DNA from: an uncultured Nitrospina sp.
GTDB taxonomy: Bacteria > Nitrospinota > Nitrospinia > Nitrospinales > VA-1
Length of the DNA stretch: 34,983 bases
Reading direction: 5' to 3'
NCBI GenBank assembly: GCA_964570185.1
Contig: CAZMXD010000003.1
Span: 1-34,983 of the forward strand
In this document: one piece after another, positions 9,941 through 18,936 of the stretch
Numbering within the stretch: position 1 is the stretch's first letter
Layout of the letters: each line of letters begins with the position of its first letter
The notes under the pieces: model-generated
Databases searched by the model: none
Seen by the model: the letters and a program-made list of their open reading frames with translations, nothing else
What the model was told of the DNA's origin: nothing
Translations under genes and position numbers: made by a program

Positions 9941-10912
9941 TTAAGATAAAGTCTTAAGTTTCGGGTTAAAGGCTTCCCGCAATCCCTCTCCACACAAATT
10001 AAATGCCAGAACAACCAAAAGAATTGTAATCCCTGGAATGAATGTTAGCCATGGCGCATCAAAGAGAAAATTTTTACCGTCCGATAAAATATTTCCCCAT
10101 GTCGCATCTGGTGGTTGAACACCAAAACCCAGAAAACTTAAAGCCGACTCAGTAAGAATGGCCGATGCCACACCCAAAGTTGCGGAAACTAAAACGGGAG
10201 CAATAGCATTGGGAACCATATGTATAAATATAATGCGCCACTCAGGAATAGCTTGACTTCGAGCGGCAGTAACAAAATCGAGATCGCGAAGAGATAAAAA
10301 TTCGGCCCTTACAAAACGAGCTGTGCCCATCCAACTAGTTAGGCCGATCACAATCATGATGTTATAAATACTAGGTGGCAATAATGCTACGACCGTGAGA
10401 ATTAAAAAAAAGGTTGGGAAACAGAGCATTATATCTACAAACCGCATGATTATCGTATCAATGGTAATGAATCCTAACTTTACTCGTCCGTAGTATCCTG
10501 CAATTCCTCCAAAAAATATTCCCACTGTTAACATGATCCCAACAGCTACAAATCCAACACTCAGCGACACAGAGGTTCCTTCCAACATGCGAGCGAAAAC
10601 ATCACGCCCCAACTCATCAGTACCAAGCAGATAAACTCCTAATGTTGGCCCGTCTTCTTTTGGAGTTATCGTGCTTGTAAATACAGTTAAAGGTGGCAAA
10701 AACTTTTCGGATAAACGGACTATTTTAGGATCGAAGATAACAATGTACTGGGTAAAAACTTTTCCAAAAAATGCTAATAAGAACATAGACATGAGAGACC
10801 AAAAGCTGCCATAAGCGATTCGGTTACGCTTGAAAATATCCCAGCGTTCCCGAAATAGACCTTTTGAAGAAGACAAAGTATCTTTTTCCGAAGTTGTTAT
10901 GGAACCATTCAT
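9941..10912 (-). CDS. Oligopeptide/dipeptide ABC transporter permease (OppC/DppC-like)
   Basis: 323-aa polytopic ORF with N-terminal OppC-type extension and BPD-transporter EAA-like loop (AARSQAIPEWRIIFIHMVPNAIAPVLV). Confidence 0.85.
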   Translation of the reverse strand: MNGSITTSEKDTLSSSKGLFRERWDIFKRNRIAYGSFWSLMSMFLLAFFGKVFTQYIVIFDPKIVRLSEKFLPPLTVFTSTITPKEDGPTLGVYLLGTDELGRDVFARMLEGTSVSLSVGFVAVGIMLTVGIFFGGIAGYYGRVKLGFITIDTIIMRFVDIMLCFPTFFLILTVVALLPPSIYNIMIVIGLTSWMGTARFVRAEFLSLRDLDFVTAARSQAIPEWRIIFIHMVPNAIAPVLVSATLGVASAILTESALSFLGFGVQPPDATWGNILSDGKNFLFDAPWLTFIPGITILLVVLAFNLCGEGLREAFNPKLKTLS

Positions 10913-10922
10913 GCCATTTTCC

Positions 10923-11903
10923 TTAAAACTTTATGCGTGGGTCTACAACGGCATAAAGAATATCTGAAACCAACGTGCCCACCAGCACCAGAACGGCCGT
11001 CATAAAATTCAATGTCAAAATTATTGGAAAGTCTCTTGCCATGATAGCTTCAAAGCCTAATCTTCCCATTCCAGGCCAAGAAAAAATCTGTTCAAAAATC
11101 ACGGAACCTCCTATAAGACCGGGAATAGTCAGACCAAACATTGTAATAAATGGCAATAAAGCGTTTCGTAGGCCGTGACGGTAAATAACTTGTTCTTGGG
11201 GCAATCCTTTTGCACGAGCAGTGCGCATATAGTCTTGGTGAATAACTTCTAACATTTGTGATCGGACATAACGCGATAAGACTGCCGTACCCGCTATAGC
11301 AGACATCAAAGCTGGAATGGTCAAATGCCATATTCGGTCCATGGACCGAAATAAAAACGAGGCTCCCTCCAATCCAAATGTTCTCATCCCCAATACAGGT
11401 ATATTGAAAGTATTCACCATAAAAATGATAACTAAATAGGATAGAAAAAATCCGGGCACGGAAATCAAGGCATAGGAAATGAAAGTGCTGGTTCTATCAA
11501 ATCTCGAATCACGGTGAACTGCGGCTCGGATTCCAACAGGAAATGCCAAACACCAAGTTATTAAAGTTGCTATGATAAATAGAGGCAATGAATTAAGGAA
11601 AGCTTTCCAGATTTTTTCTATAACCGGCTGATTATCTTTAAATGATTTTAGTTCACCGGTAAATAAATCTTTTACCCAATAGATATACTGAATATGCAAA
11701 GATTCATCCAGATGGAATGCGGCACGAATGCGCTTGATGTCTTCTGGTTTCATACGTGGGTTTGAGGGGTCTACCAGAGCGGGTTCGCCAGGCGCAAGAT
11801 GAACAATCGCATGTGAAATAATGGATATAAATACAAGCAGGATGACTCGCTGCCATATATTACGCAAAATAAAATTGACCACTATTGCCTCTTCCGCCTG
11901 CAA
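10923..11903 (-). CDS. Oligopeptide/dipeptide ABC transporter permease (OppB/DppB-like)
   Basis: 326-aa polytopic ORF with EAA loop YMRTARAKGLPQEQVIYRHGLRNALLPFITM. The true start may be GTG at 11882 (MVNFILRNIWQR..., the usual DppB-type N-terminus) rather than TTG at 11903. Confidence 0.85.
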   Translation of the reverse strand: MQAEEAIVVNFILRNIWQRVILLVFISIISHAIVHLAPGEPALVDPSNPRMKPEDIKRIRAAFHLDESLHIQYIYWVKDLFTGELKSFKDNQPVIEKIWKAFLNSLPLFIIATLITWCLAFPVGIRAAVHRDSRFDRTSTFISYALISVPGFFLSYLVIIFMVNTFNIPVLGMRTFGLEGASFLFRSMDRIWHLTIPALMSAIAGTAVLSRYVRSQMLEVIHQDYMRTARAKGLPQEQVIYRHGLRNALLPFITMFGLTIPGLIGGSVIFEQIFSWPGMGRLGFEAIMARDFPIILTLNFMTAVLVLVGTLVSDILYAVVDPRIKF

Positions 11904-11921
11904 AAAGTTATACTTTCTTAC

Positions 11922-12671
11922 ATGAATATTTTACAACTCAGCCACTATCTGGACAACCTATTGGAAATAAATTCTATTCGCGATGCGTCTCAAGCTTTGA
12001 ATGGGTTACAAATTCAAAATCGCGGTGAAATAAAAAAAATCGGCCTGGCCGTTGACTTATGCCAGGCCACAATTGACCTTGCCATAGAAAAGCATTGCCA
12101 AATGCTGTTTGTGCATCATGGCGTGTTTTGGTCAGGACTTCAACCAATACGCGGCAAGCATTACGAAAAGCTTTCAACCATGATGCAAGGTAATCTTGGG
12201 CTTTATTCTGCACATATTCCATTAGATCTTCATCCTGTATATGGTAATAACCGGGCATTGGCCGATTTAATCGAACTCGACAACCTGGAAGCTTTTGGGG
12301 AATACGATGGGACAAAAATTGGTCTAAAAGGTTCCATCCCAACCATTTCTGCAGAAAACTTGGCTAAAAAGCTCGAGAAAAAACTCGGTTCAAGCGTAAA
12401 AGTAATTGGAGATGGAGAAATCAATACCGTCGGACTGGTAACAGGTGGTGCGGGGGACATTGTAAAACAAGCTATTCAAGAACGACTCGATTGTTTTATA
12501 ACAGGTGAAGGTTCTAATCATCATTTCCATGAAGCCATAGAAGGAGATTGCATCCTAATTTTTGCAGGACACTATGCAACGGAAATGGGAGGCGTAAAAT
12601 CAGTAGGCCAGCACCTAAAAGAAAAATTCGGAATCTTTAATGAGTTTTTGCATTACCCCACTGGGCTTTAA
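11922..12671 (+). CDS. NIF3 / YbgI family metal-binding protein (GTP cyclohydrolase 1 type 2 homologue)
   Basis: 249 aa. LNGLQIQN...MLFVHHGVFWSG...IRGKHYEKL...NLGLYSAHIPLDLHPVYGNN closely follows the E. coli YbgI pattern as I remember it. Confidence 0.85.
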   Translation: MNILQLSHYLDNLLEINSIRDASQALNGLQIQNRGEIKKIGLAVDLCQATIDLAIEKHCQMLFVHHGVFWSGLQPIRGKHYEKLSTMMQGNLGLYSAHIPLDLHPVYGNNRALADLIELDNLEAFGEYDGTKIGLKGSIPTISAENLAKKLEKKLGSSVKVIGDGEINTVGLVTGGAGDIVKQAIQERLDCFITGEGSNHHFHEAIEGDCILIFAGHYATEMGGVKSVGQHLKEKFGIFNEFLHYPTGL

Positions 12672-12746
12672 CGCTTTAGCGCAACTGGAAATATTAACGA
12701 ATTATATTACAAGCTTATGAACATATTTTTTTTGCCAGCCTTAAAA

Positions 12747-13652
12747 CTATTTTTCCGCAGAGGAAACGCCTATCTTCATGGATTTAAAAATCGCATCCAA
12801 TCCATTTCTATAATTGGGATACTTTAGTTTTATACCCAATTGCTCTTTAATTTTTTTATTACTGACCCGTTTGCAGCTTTTATAAAATCCGCGGGCAATT
12901 TCCGACAATTCTGCTGAATCGAAAGGAATCAAAGGAGGAGGAGAAATATTTAAAAGTTTAAAAGCATATTCTGCGGCTTTAGACGGCGGAGCAGGTTCAT
13001 CATCACAAACATTGTATATTTCGCCAGACTTGGGGTTTTGAATCGAGGATTCAAGAGTTTGCGCCAAATCTTCAACATGGATACGAGAAAATACCAAGCC
13101 TGGCTTTTCAATACGTCGGGCTTTACCTTGTTTTACAGAAACCAGAAGGTTTCTCCCCGGACCATAAATTCCGACACAACGAAACACCATAACGGGGCAA
13201 CCATTTTGCTTGGCCATTTTTAACCAGGCTATTTCTGATTCTACGCGTCGCACATTGAGTTCCGTTTCAGGTTTTAAAGGCGAGGATTCGTCAACCCATT
13301 CTCCCCGTGTGTCACCATAGACACCCGTAGAAGAAATATAGCCTATCCATTGCAAATTCTTATTGTTTGTAATATGGGAACTAAAATTATTCAAAACCAC
13401 ATCCCCGGAAGTTTGTGGAGGAATAGAGATCAATAAATGTGTTGCCTCACTAAGGACTGCCAACATTTCTTTGGAAGCCTGGTTTCCATCAAATGAAAAA
13501 ATAGGTAAGTTTGTCAAACAGAAATTTTTATCTTTGGTCCGACAGGTTCCGGAAATACTCCAATTTTTGGAGCGTAAGCGCTTCGCCAATGCTTGCGCAG
13601 CAAAACCAAAACCAAAACAAAACAGGTTTTTTTTTCCAGGACTCTTTACCAT
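12747..13652 (-). CDS. NAD(P)-dependent epimerase/dehydratase-family (extended SDR) protein
   Basis: 301 aa with an N-terminal Rossmann glycine motif (FCFGFGFAAQALAKRL) and overall SDR-like length and pattern. Substrate unknown. Confidence 0.6.
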   Translation of the reverse strand: MVKSPGKKNLFCFGFGFAAQALAKRLRSKNWSISGTCRTKDKNFCLTNLPIFSFDGNQASKEMLAVLSEATHLLISIPPQTSGDVVLNNFSSHITNNKNLQWIGYISSTGVYGDTRGEWVDESSPLKPETELNVRRVESEIAWLKMAKQNGCPVMVFRCVGIYGPGRNLLVSVKQGKARRIEKPGLVFSRIHVEDLAQTLESSIQNPKSGEIYNVCDDEPAPPSKAAEYAFKLLNISPPPLIPFDSAELSEIARGFYKSCKRVSNKKIKEQLGIKLKYPNYRNGLDAIFKSMKIGVSSAEK

Positions 13653-13745
13653 GAACTCACCGATTAGGGCTTAAAGATTGCATAAAGATAAAATATACGG
13701 AATACATGTTTAAAACAAACCAGGTTTTTAAAAGTATCCCAAAGC

Positions 13746-15212
13746 TTAGGAGGAAAGTTTTGCCATCAACGCTTTGCGCATGACACCTATGGGGGCAGTT
13801 TTACCCGTCCACAGTTCGAATTGCCTCGCTGCCTGATTAACAAACAACTCGCTCCCGGGAATGATCTTACATCCTGCTGCTTTTGCTTCCCTGAGCAACC
13901 TTGTCTCTAGAGGATTATAGACAGCGTCAAAAACGACCATTTCCCTTTTTAAATCTCTGGCAAGAAAGGGAGTTTCATTTGTATTTGGTTTCATACCAAC
14001 TGGCGAACAGTTGATGAGGATGTCTATAGGTCGAGCACCTGCGTCACGGCAATCAATGAAATCGCACTCAAGTTCTTTGGCAAGGAATTCGGCTCTTTCT
14101 TTATTACGGTTATAAGTGACCGTCAACCTACCACCTTTTTTTTTTATCCCGTAACCAATCGCCTTGGCGGTGCCGCCTGATCCAAGGATCAAAATATTTT
14201 TATTGTTCAAAGAGGTACAGGCTTCAAGAGCCGAGATAGCCCCTGCGCAATCAGTATTATAGCCGACCCATTTATTATTTTCCTGAACGACCGTATTGAC
14301 GGCGCCAATCTTTTGGGCTGTAGCATCGACTCGATCTAGCAAGTGTCTTATACTTTCTTTTGCTGGCATGGTTACACTCAACCCTGCAAAGAAATTTTTG
14401 AAATCAATAAAAAACTTTTCTACGTTCTCAACTAAAAAAGAAACATAAATATCAGGAGAATTAATTTCACGAAAGGCGCGGTTATGGATCAAGTAGCCCA
14501 TACTTTTCGAAACTGGATTGCCAATGACCCCATAAATCTTAAAGTTTTCGCGAACATCATTCACCCGATAAATATTTTTAAGAGTATTTGCCGGTATCTG
14601 ACCTGGCGCGCTTTCCTGCCCTCTTTCTATGCTACCAAAGGTAAGGAACCCTCCATACAGCGGAGCCAGTACTCGACTTATTTCACCTGAATCCCCCATA
14701 CAAAGTCCTATCAACTTTTTGTTTTCCTTTTTAGCGCGCTCAAGAAGCTTGAATATCTTTAGATTGTCGCTGAGATCACGAGCATAGGTAACAATTTTTA
14801 TTATATCTCCAGGTAAAGCGTTCATAGCTTCATAGAGCGGATTCAAATCTTCAGGAGTATGCGAAAAATCATGGTATGAAATGATTATCCTTGAAGTATC
14901 GTGACTTTCTAAAAAAGGCTGCAAATGTTCACGTTGAGTGGAAACCTCAATGTCAATATAATCGACCCCGGCCTCTAAAGCACAGTGTAAGACGCCTAAG
15001 CGTTCTTCCTCATTACCTTTATATTGTCCCCCGTCTAATTTACTTCGAGCAGTGACAATAATGCGCTTATTAGTAGCTTTGAGCAGTAAGTCGAGGTCAA
15101 AAGAAGCTATCAAGTCTAGGCGTAACTCCAGGATATCCGCAACCTGTTCGGCTGCGGCAATTTGATCCAATGCTTTAGGCATCGAGGCACCAACGATAGG
15201 AACACAAATCAT
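13746..15212 (-). CDS. aroDE: Bifunctional type I 3-dehydroquinate dehydratase / shikimate 5-dehydrogenase (AroD-AroE fusion)
   Basis: 488 aa. The N-half (MICVPIVG...LELRLD...) is type I DHQase-like. The C-half (GVIGNPVSKSMGYLIHN..., NTDCAGA, ILGSGGTAKA) carries shikimate dehydrogenase motifs. Confidence 0.85.
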   Translation of the reverse strand: MICVPIVGASMPKALDQIAAAEQVADILELRLDLIASFDLDLLLKATNKRIIVTARSKLDGGQYKGNEEERLGVLHCALEAGVDYIDIEVSTQREHLQPFLESHDTSRIIISYHDFSHTPEDLNPLYEAMNALPGDIIKIVTYARDLSDNLKIFKLLERAKKENKKLIGLCMGDSGEISRVLAPLYGGFLTFGSIERGQESAPGQIPANTLKNIYRVNDVRENFKIYGVIGNPVSKSMGYLIHNRAFREINSPDIYVSFLVENVEKFFIDFKNFFAGLSVTMPAKESIRHLLDRVDATAQKIGAVNTVVQENNKWVGYNTDCAGAISALEACTSLNNKNILILGSGGTAKAIGYGIKKKGGRLTVTYNRNKERAEFLAKELECDFIDCRDAGARPIDILINCSPVGMKPNTNETPFLARDLKREMVVFDAVYNPLETRLLREAKAAGCKIIPGSELFVNQAARQFELWTGKTAPIGVMRKALMAKLSS

Positions 15213-15225
15213 AAAAAAATAAACG

Positions 15226-15248
15226 ATCCCGCCCCCTTAAAACGGGAT
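15226..15248 (-). terminator. Hairpin (ATCCCG / CGGGAT, 11-nt loop) followed by a T-rich run that abuts the aroDE start codon
   Basis: The minus strand reads ATCCCGttttaagggggCGGGATcgtttatttttttATG. It lies downstream of the FlgM-like gene and immediately upstream of aroDE. Confidence 0.4.
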
Positions 15249-15397
15249 ACCTGGCAAAGAGAGTTATTTAAAAGCCGCGGTAAGCCACGTAAAACAAGCC
15301 CTATGTAGTCTCAAAAATGGAAAAATCTTATCAGGCAGGAATACTAACAGACCCGAAGTACAATCTAAACGAAAACCGTTAAAAAATCCAAGGAGAT

Positions 15398-15658
15398 TTA
15401 AATACCCGGAATAAAGTCACCACTGCCTTCCGGGGCTTCTTTAAACGTGTTTGCAGGCAACTCTTCTTTACCTGCGGCTTGCAGGGTATCCCCGATGAAT
15501 TTTTTTTTCAATGCCAGCCGCGCGGCACTTGAAATACTAACCTCGTCTTTTTGACCTTGAAGGCGTTTAACAGAACTCTTCTTATTCAAGTCTGCAATAC
15601 GTGCCTGTCCCTGATAGGTTTTAAAAACTTTACTAACAGGTACAATCGAGAAATCCAT
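15398..15658 (-). CDS. Small flagellar-cluster protein, possibly FlgM-like (anti-sigma-28) N-terminal-type
   Basis: 86 aa, AAGGA RBS, 15 nt after the preceding gene. The KDEVSISSAARLA segment resembles the D-[KR]-[IV]-E-[IL]-S motif of FlgM proteins. The usual C-terminal G-x-Y-x-V-D segment is not evident. Confidence 0.3.
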   Translation of the reverse strand: MDFSIVPVSKVFKTYQGQARIADLNKKSSVKRLQGQKDEVSISSAARLALKKKFIGDTLQAAGKEELPANTFKEAPEGSGDFIPGI

Positions 15659-15673
15659 TACTATTATCCTTCG

Positions 15674-16108
15674 CTAAATACTTCCAGAAATTTTAGGTTT
15701 AATTCGTGCCGAAATACCATATCCCTTCAACAAAGTTCGCCCGTTTTTTAAAGACTTCATTTTTAGCAACAACCCTTGCTTTTCATTGGTCAGCTTTTTT
15801 TCACAGTCGTTTTCTATCTCGATTATTTTTTCTGTTTCTGTATCGATTCGAACTCCAAACTCCTTCAACTTTTTCGCGATAATCTTGCGATTTTTATCAT
15901 CGAGACCAGCCACACACTTGTCGAATGCTTCGTCATCTTTAACCAATGAAGCAATTACAATTTCTTTCGCTTCCAGAACCTGAATAAGGGAAGACTCGTC
16001 ACTTTCGTCAATGGCTTTTATTTGTAGTTTCATTTGACCTTTCAGCTCACCTAAAAGAGATATTTTTTTTTCAAGGATTTCTTTTATCTTCTTTTCTTCC
16101 ATTGTCAT
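15674..16108 (-). CDS. FlgN-family-like flagellar export chaperone (tentative)
   Basis: 144 aa, helical and Lys/Glu-rich. Its start overlaps the stop of the fliD-like gene by 4 nt (ATGA), suggesting translational coupling. The call rests on position and heptad-like pattern only. Confidence 0.35.
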   Translation of the reverse strand: MTMEEKKIKEILEKKISLLGELKGQMKLQIKAIDESDESSLIQVLEAKEIVIASLVKDDEAFDKCVAGLDDKNRKIIAKKLKEFGVRIDTETEKIIEIENDCEKKLTNEKQGLLLKMKSLKNGRTLLKGYGISARIKPKISGSI

Positions 16109-17937
16109 GCTATGGTGATTAATGTTTGAACGGTCGATTCAAGGTTATAGATATCAATATATTTAGCAAAGTTTTCGGCCAAGACTTTAGTTGTTTCAGA
16201 TCCAATGGTCACTTCATTTTTCTTGATAGCCAAATCTCCACGATTCTCTTGAACAATCTTTTTTAGTTGTTCTGAAAGCAAAGGAAGAATACCTGTTTCA
16301 GAATTAGTGAACAAATCAAATACTTCCTGAGTATTTTGTTCCAGACCGCGTCCGAATTCGGTTTCATCAAGCATAAAGGTATTGTCATTCAAAGTTTTAA
16401 TACCAATCGAACTCAATCTTTTTAGAAGGTTTTCTTCTCCGTTCCGAGAGGGAAAGATCAGCCCTTTTTCTATTGCTTGAACGATTGAGGTGACAGCGAC
16501 TTCCTGCTGAATATGCTTACTCGTATTCGTCACAGAAATGCCCGTTGCTTGAGGGTTTCCCGGTCTACCACGAAATTTTTCAATAATACGGTTTTTTTCT
16601 TCCAATATACGAACCCTTTTCTGCGGCTCGATGGTGAGGTCGTTGCGAATATCCTGAATATCTCCATCATTCTCAAAAATCTTATCAACCGAAAGCAGAT
16701 CGTTGACTTTCGAAATAGAATCATTGAATTTTTTAAATAAGGTTTTTATCTGGGAAAAAAAAACGGGGGCATCAATAAAGATTGTTATCTTTGATGCGGT
16801 TTTTGAAGTTTTCTTCAATAACAGGGCAGTATCCTCAATAGCGCCGGATAAAGTATTCGAGTCACTGCTGAACAAATCTCCATTTATTTCAACCAACGCT
16901 GTTTGAGGTTCCACAACTAAGTTGTCTGGTCTGTTTAAATCGTTGAGTTGAATTTCTTTTTGTACCTTTTTTCCTGACTCATCGATTTCAAAAAATCCCA
17001 GGTCCAAGAGAACATTATTGTCTTCACTTATGTCAATCGTATTGCTCCCCCCTGCAAGACTAACTAATACAAGTCGATTACCTCTCACCAAGGCCAGAAC
17101 ATTGGTATCCAAAGTACCCCCGTCAAGTCTTTTATTCCCATTACTATCTTCGGAAGGATCAATCTCTCCATTTTCGTTAATGTCTTCTTTTATAAAAACT
17201 CCGCTACCAAATTCTGAGTTGCCGACCTTTAATATTTCAAGTGTCCCATTACTATTGACATCTTCTGAAAGATCCAAGGTTCCGTTCTGATTTAAATCTT
17301 CTCCAAAATTTATTTTATTTCTTATCGTTACCAGCGAATCCGTAGCATCCACGGTTACGGAAACTCCGTTTATAGAAAAAATTCCTGCTAAACCGAGTTT
17401 TTCTGACGGGTCCTTTACATCAGAAGCCAACTCCGCCATTCTAGATAAACGAATCGGTTTGATATTGAAGCTGTCTAATGGTCCATCCTTTCCTGGTACA
17501 GCCAGAACTTCCCTGAAACGTGACGAAGATGCGGATTTCGGATTCAAAGCATTTTTCAAAAGCAATCCTTCGACTGTGTCCTTTAAATCATTTAATGAAT
17601 TGGCAAGATCGTCCAACTGACGGAGTCTGGCAAATACGAAGGACTCTTTTTTATCCAAATCATCGATGATGGGTATCTTTTTGAATTGGGATTGTTTAGT
17701 AAGAAGAGAGATCGCATCGGCCGTCCTGAAAACGGCGAGAGGACCCGTGGCCTGCAGTTGAGGAACCTGCCTTTTGTTTATAAAAACCGAATCAAAAAGC
17801 GAATCGCTTTGATTTTGATGGTTTTGTCCAGCCTGATTCAATGTATCCCGGGCCAGGTTAACAACAGGATCTTTACTGGTAGTGCGTTTGGAGTTTAATG
17901 GGAAAAATCTAAGACTGGTATTTTTTAGAACTTGCAC
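16105..17937 (-). CDS. fliD: Flagellar filament cap protein FliD-like, with inserted DxNxNG calcium-loop-like repeats
   Basis: 610 aa. Segments GIFSINGVSVTVDATDSLVTIRNKIN and ALVEINGDLFSSDSNTLSGAIEDTALLLKKTS follow the patterns I recall from FliD (G-x-F-x-I-N-G...I-x-V...L...I-N; V-D-G...S-N-T-V...G-V-T-L-x-L-K). IKTLFKKFNDSISKVNDLL resembles the FliD_C V-x-x-Y-N motif. GTG start with no clear RBS, so the N-terminus is uncertain. Confidence 0.55.
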   Translation of the reverse strand: MQVLKNTSLRFFPLNSKRTTSKDPVVNLARDTLNQAGQNHQNQSDSLFDSVFINKRQVPQLQATGPLAVFRTADAISLLTKQSQFKKIPIIDDLDKKESFVFARLRQLDDLANSLNDLKDTVEGLLLKNALNPKSASSSRFREVLAVPGKDGPLDSFNIKPIRLSRMAELASDVKDPSEKLGLAGIFSINGVSVTVDATDSLVTIRNKINFGEDLNQNGTLDLSEDVNSNGTLEILKVGNSEFGSGVFIKEDINENGEIDPSEDSNGNKRLDGGTLDTNVLALVRGNRLVLVSLAGGSNTIDISEDNNVLLDLGFFEIDESGKKVQKEIQLNDLNRPDNLVVEPQTALVEINGDLFSSDSNTLSGAIEDTALLLKKTSKTASKITIFIDAPVFFSQIKTLFKKFNDSISKVNDLLSVDKIFENDGDIQDIRNDLTIEPQKRVRILEEKNRIIEKFRGRPGNPQATGISVTNTSKHIQQEVAVTSIVQAIEKGLIFPSRNGEENLLKRLSSIGIKTLNDNTFMLDETEFGRGLEQNTQEVFDLFTNSETGILPLLSEQLKKIVQENRGDLAIKKNEVTIGSETTKVLAENFAKYIDIYNLESTVQTLITIA

Positions 17938-18315
17938 GTTTTTTCCGGTCTGGCGACAAAAAACCTGATTCGCCTATAAAGTGTTTATTCGAAAATGTCG
18001 ATAAACACATCAAGATCGGAATCGCACAGATTTGCCGAAAAAAAAAACGCCCGCCTCGCCAGTGCTGCGTGTTAAATACCAAAAACGGACTTTCGCCGGA
18101 AGGCGATAGACCTAAATGGTATAACAGGTACCCCTGACAGGCCTTAAGTCAAAATCAGAACCAACGTTTAATATTGGGCACGGCCGCAAACCATTCCAGT
18201 ATTAATCGAGATCCTTTTCTAACCGATAGGGTAGTTCCGGTTCTGGCAAGTCTCCTCTTGATGAGTTGTACAATAAGGCCCGAACAGCATGCCGCTGGCG
18301 GGCGCGGTTCGTTGT

Positions 18316-18936
18316 TTAAATCAAATTACTGACATTTTGTCCGCGTTCTGTTTCTACCGCCGCGGCATCAGGCTTGTTCTCAGCCATAGCCTCTTTCATT
18401 TCAATGCGTTGCTGAACAACAGATTGAGCTCCAGCAGTTTCTTGTTTGCGTGTAGAAAATTTTTGCATAGCAGTAGGATCGGTCTGGGTATTGCCTGCTT
18501 CAAAGCCTGCTTCTAGAGCTGCGCTAGATTCAAGCCTTTGTTCATCTACAGATGTTGCCCTAACCTGGTCAGTAACAACTGGCTGTATCTGCACGCTACC
18601 CCGCTGAAAACCTTCTTTTACAGCTTTTGACGCATCCCGACGCTGCTCGGTTACACTTTGTGCCGCGCTACCATCCTGCGCATAGGTCTTTTCCGCCAAT
18701 CTATTTGTCCGAAGTGTCTGAGGTTGAGATCCGCCGCGGCTTTGTTCCAAAGCCTCACTTTGCTTCAAGGCATTCGGAGTAATTTCGACCCGATCCTCTA
18801 TGCTTTCAGGTTCCGCATTCTGCTTTTCTTTTATTGCGTCATTGAGTCTTGCTGACCGACTCGCATCTTCCTGAGCCAAAGCTTTTATCGAGTTACTGTT
18901 TGGCTGCTCTATGGGAATATTCTGTATGTCCGCCAT
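18316..18936 (-). CDS. Disordered Gln/Ala/Glu/Ser-rich 206-aa protein with no Cys or Trp; candidate sigma-28-dependent flagellar type III export substrate
   Basis: Strong RBS (GGAAGGGGGAtgcaATG). Locally GC-richer than its surroundings. Low hydrophobicity. Contains EDRVEITPNALKQ, which resembles the FlgM D-R-V-E-L-S motif. A near-consensus sigma-28 promoter lies ~250 nt upstream. Confidence 0.6.
   Translation of the reverse strand: MADIQNIPIEQPNSNSIKALAQEDASRSARLNDAIKEKQNAEPESIEDRVEITPNALKQSEALEQSRGGSQPQTLRTNRLAEKTYAQDGSAAQSVTEQRRDASKAVKEGFQRGSVQIQPVVTDQVRATSVDEQRLESSAALEAGFEAGNTQTDPTAMQKFSTRKQETAGAQSVVQQRIEMKEAMAENKPDAAAVETERGQNVSNLI

Noticed and set aside
18040-18085. T10 run (minus strand) as the intrinsic terminator of the 206-aa gene
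   Set aside because: The GC-rich sequence preceding it (CGCAGCACTGGCGAGGCGGGCG) is not self-complementary, and I could not draw a stable stem.
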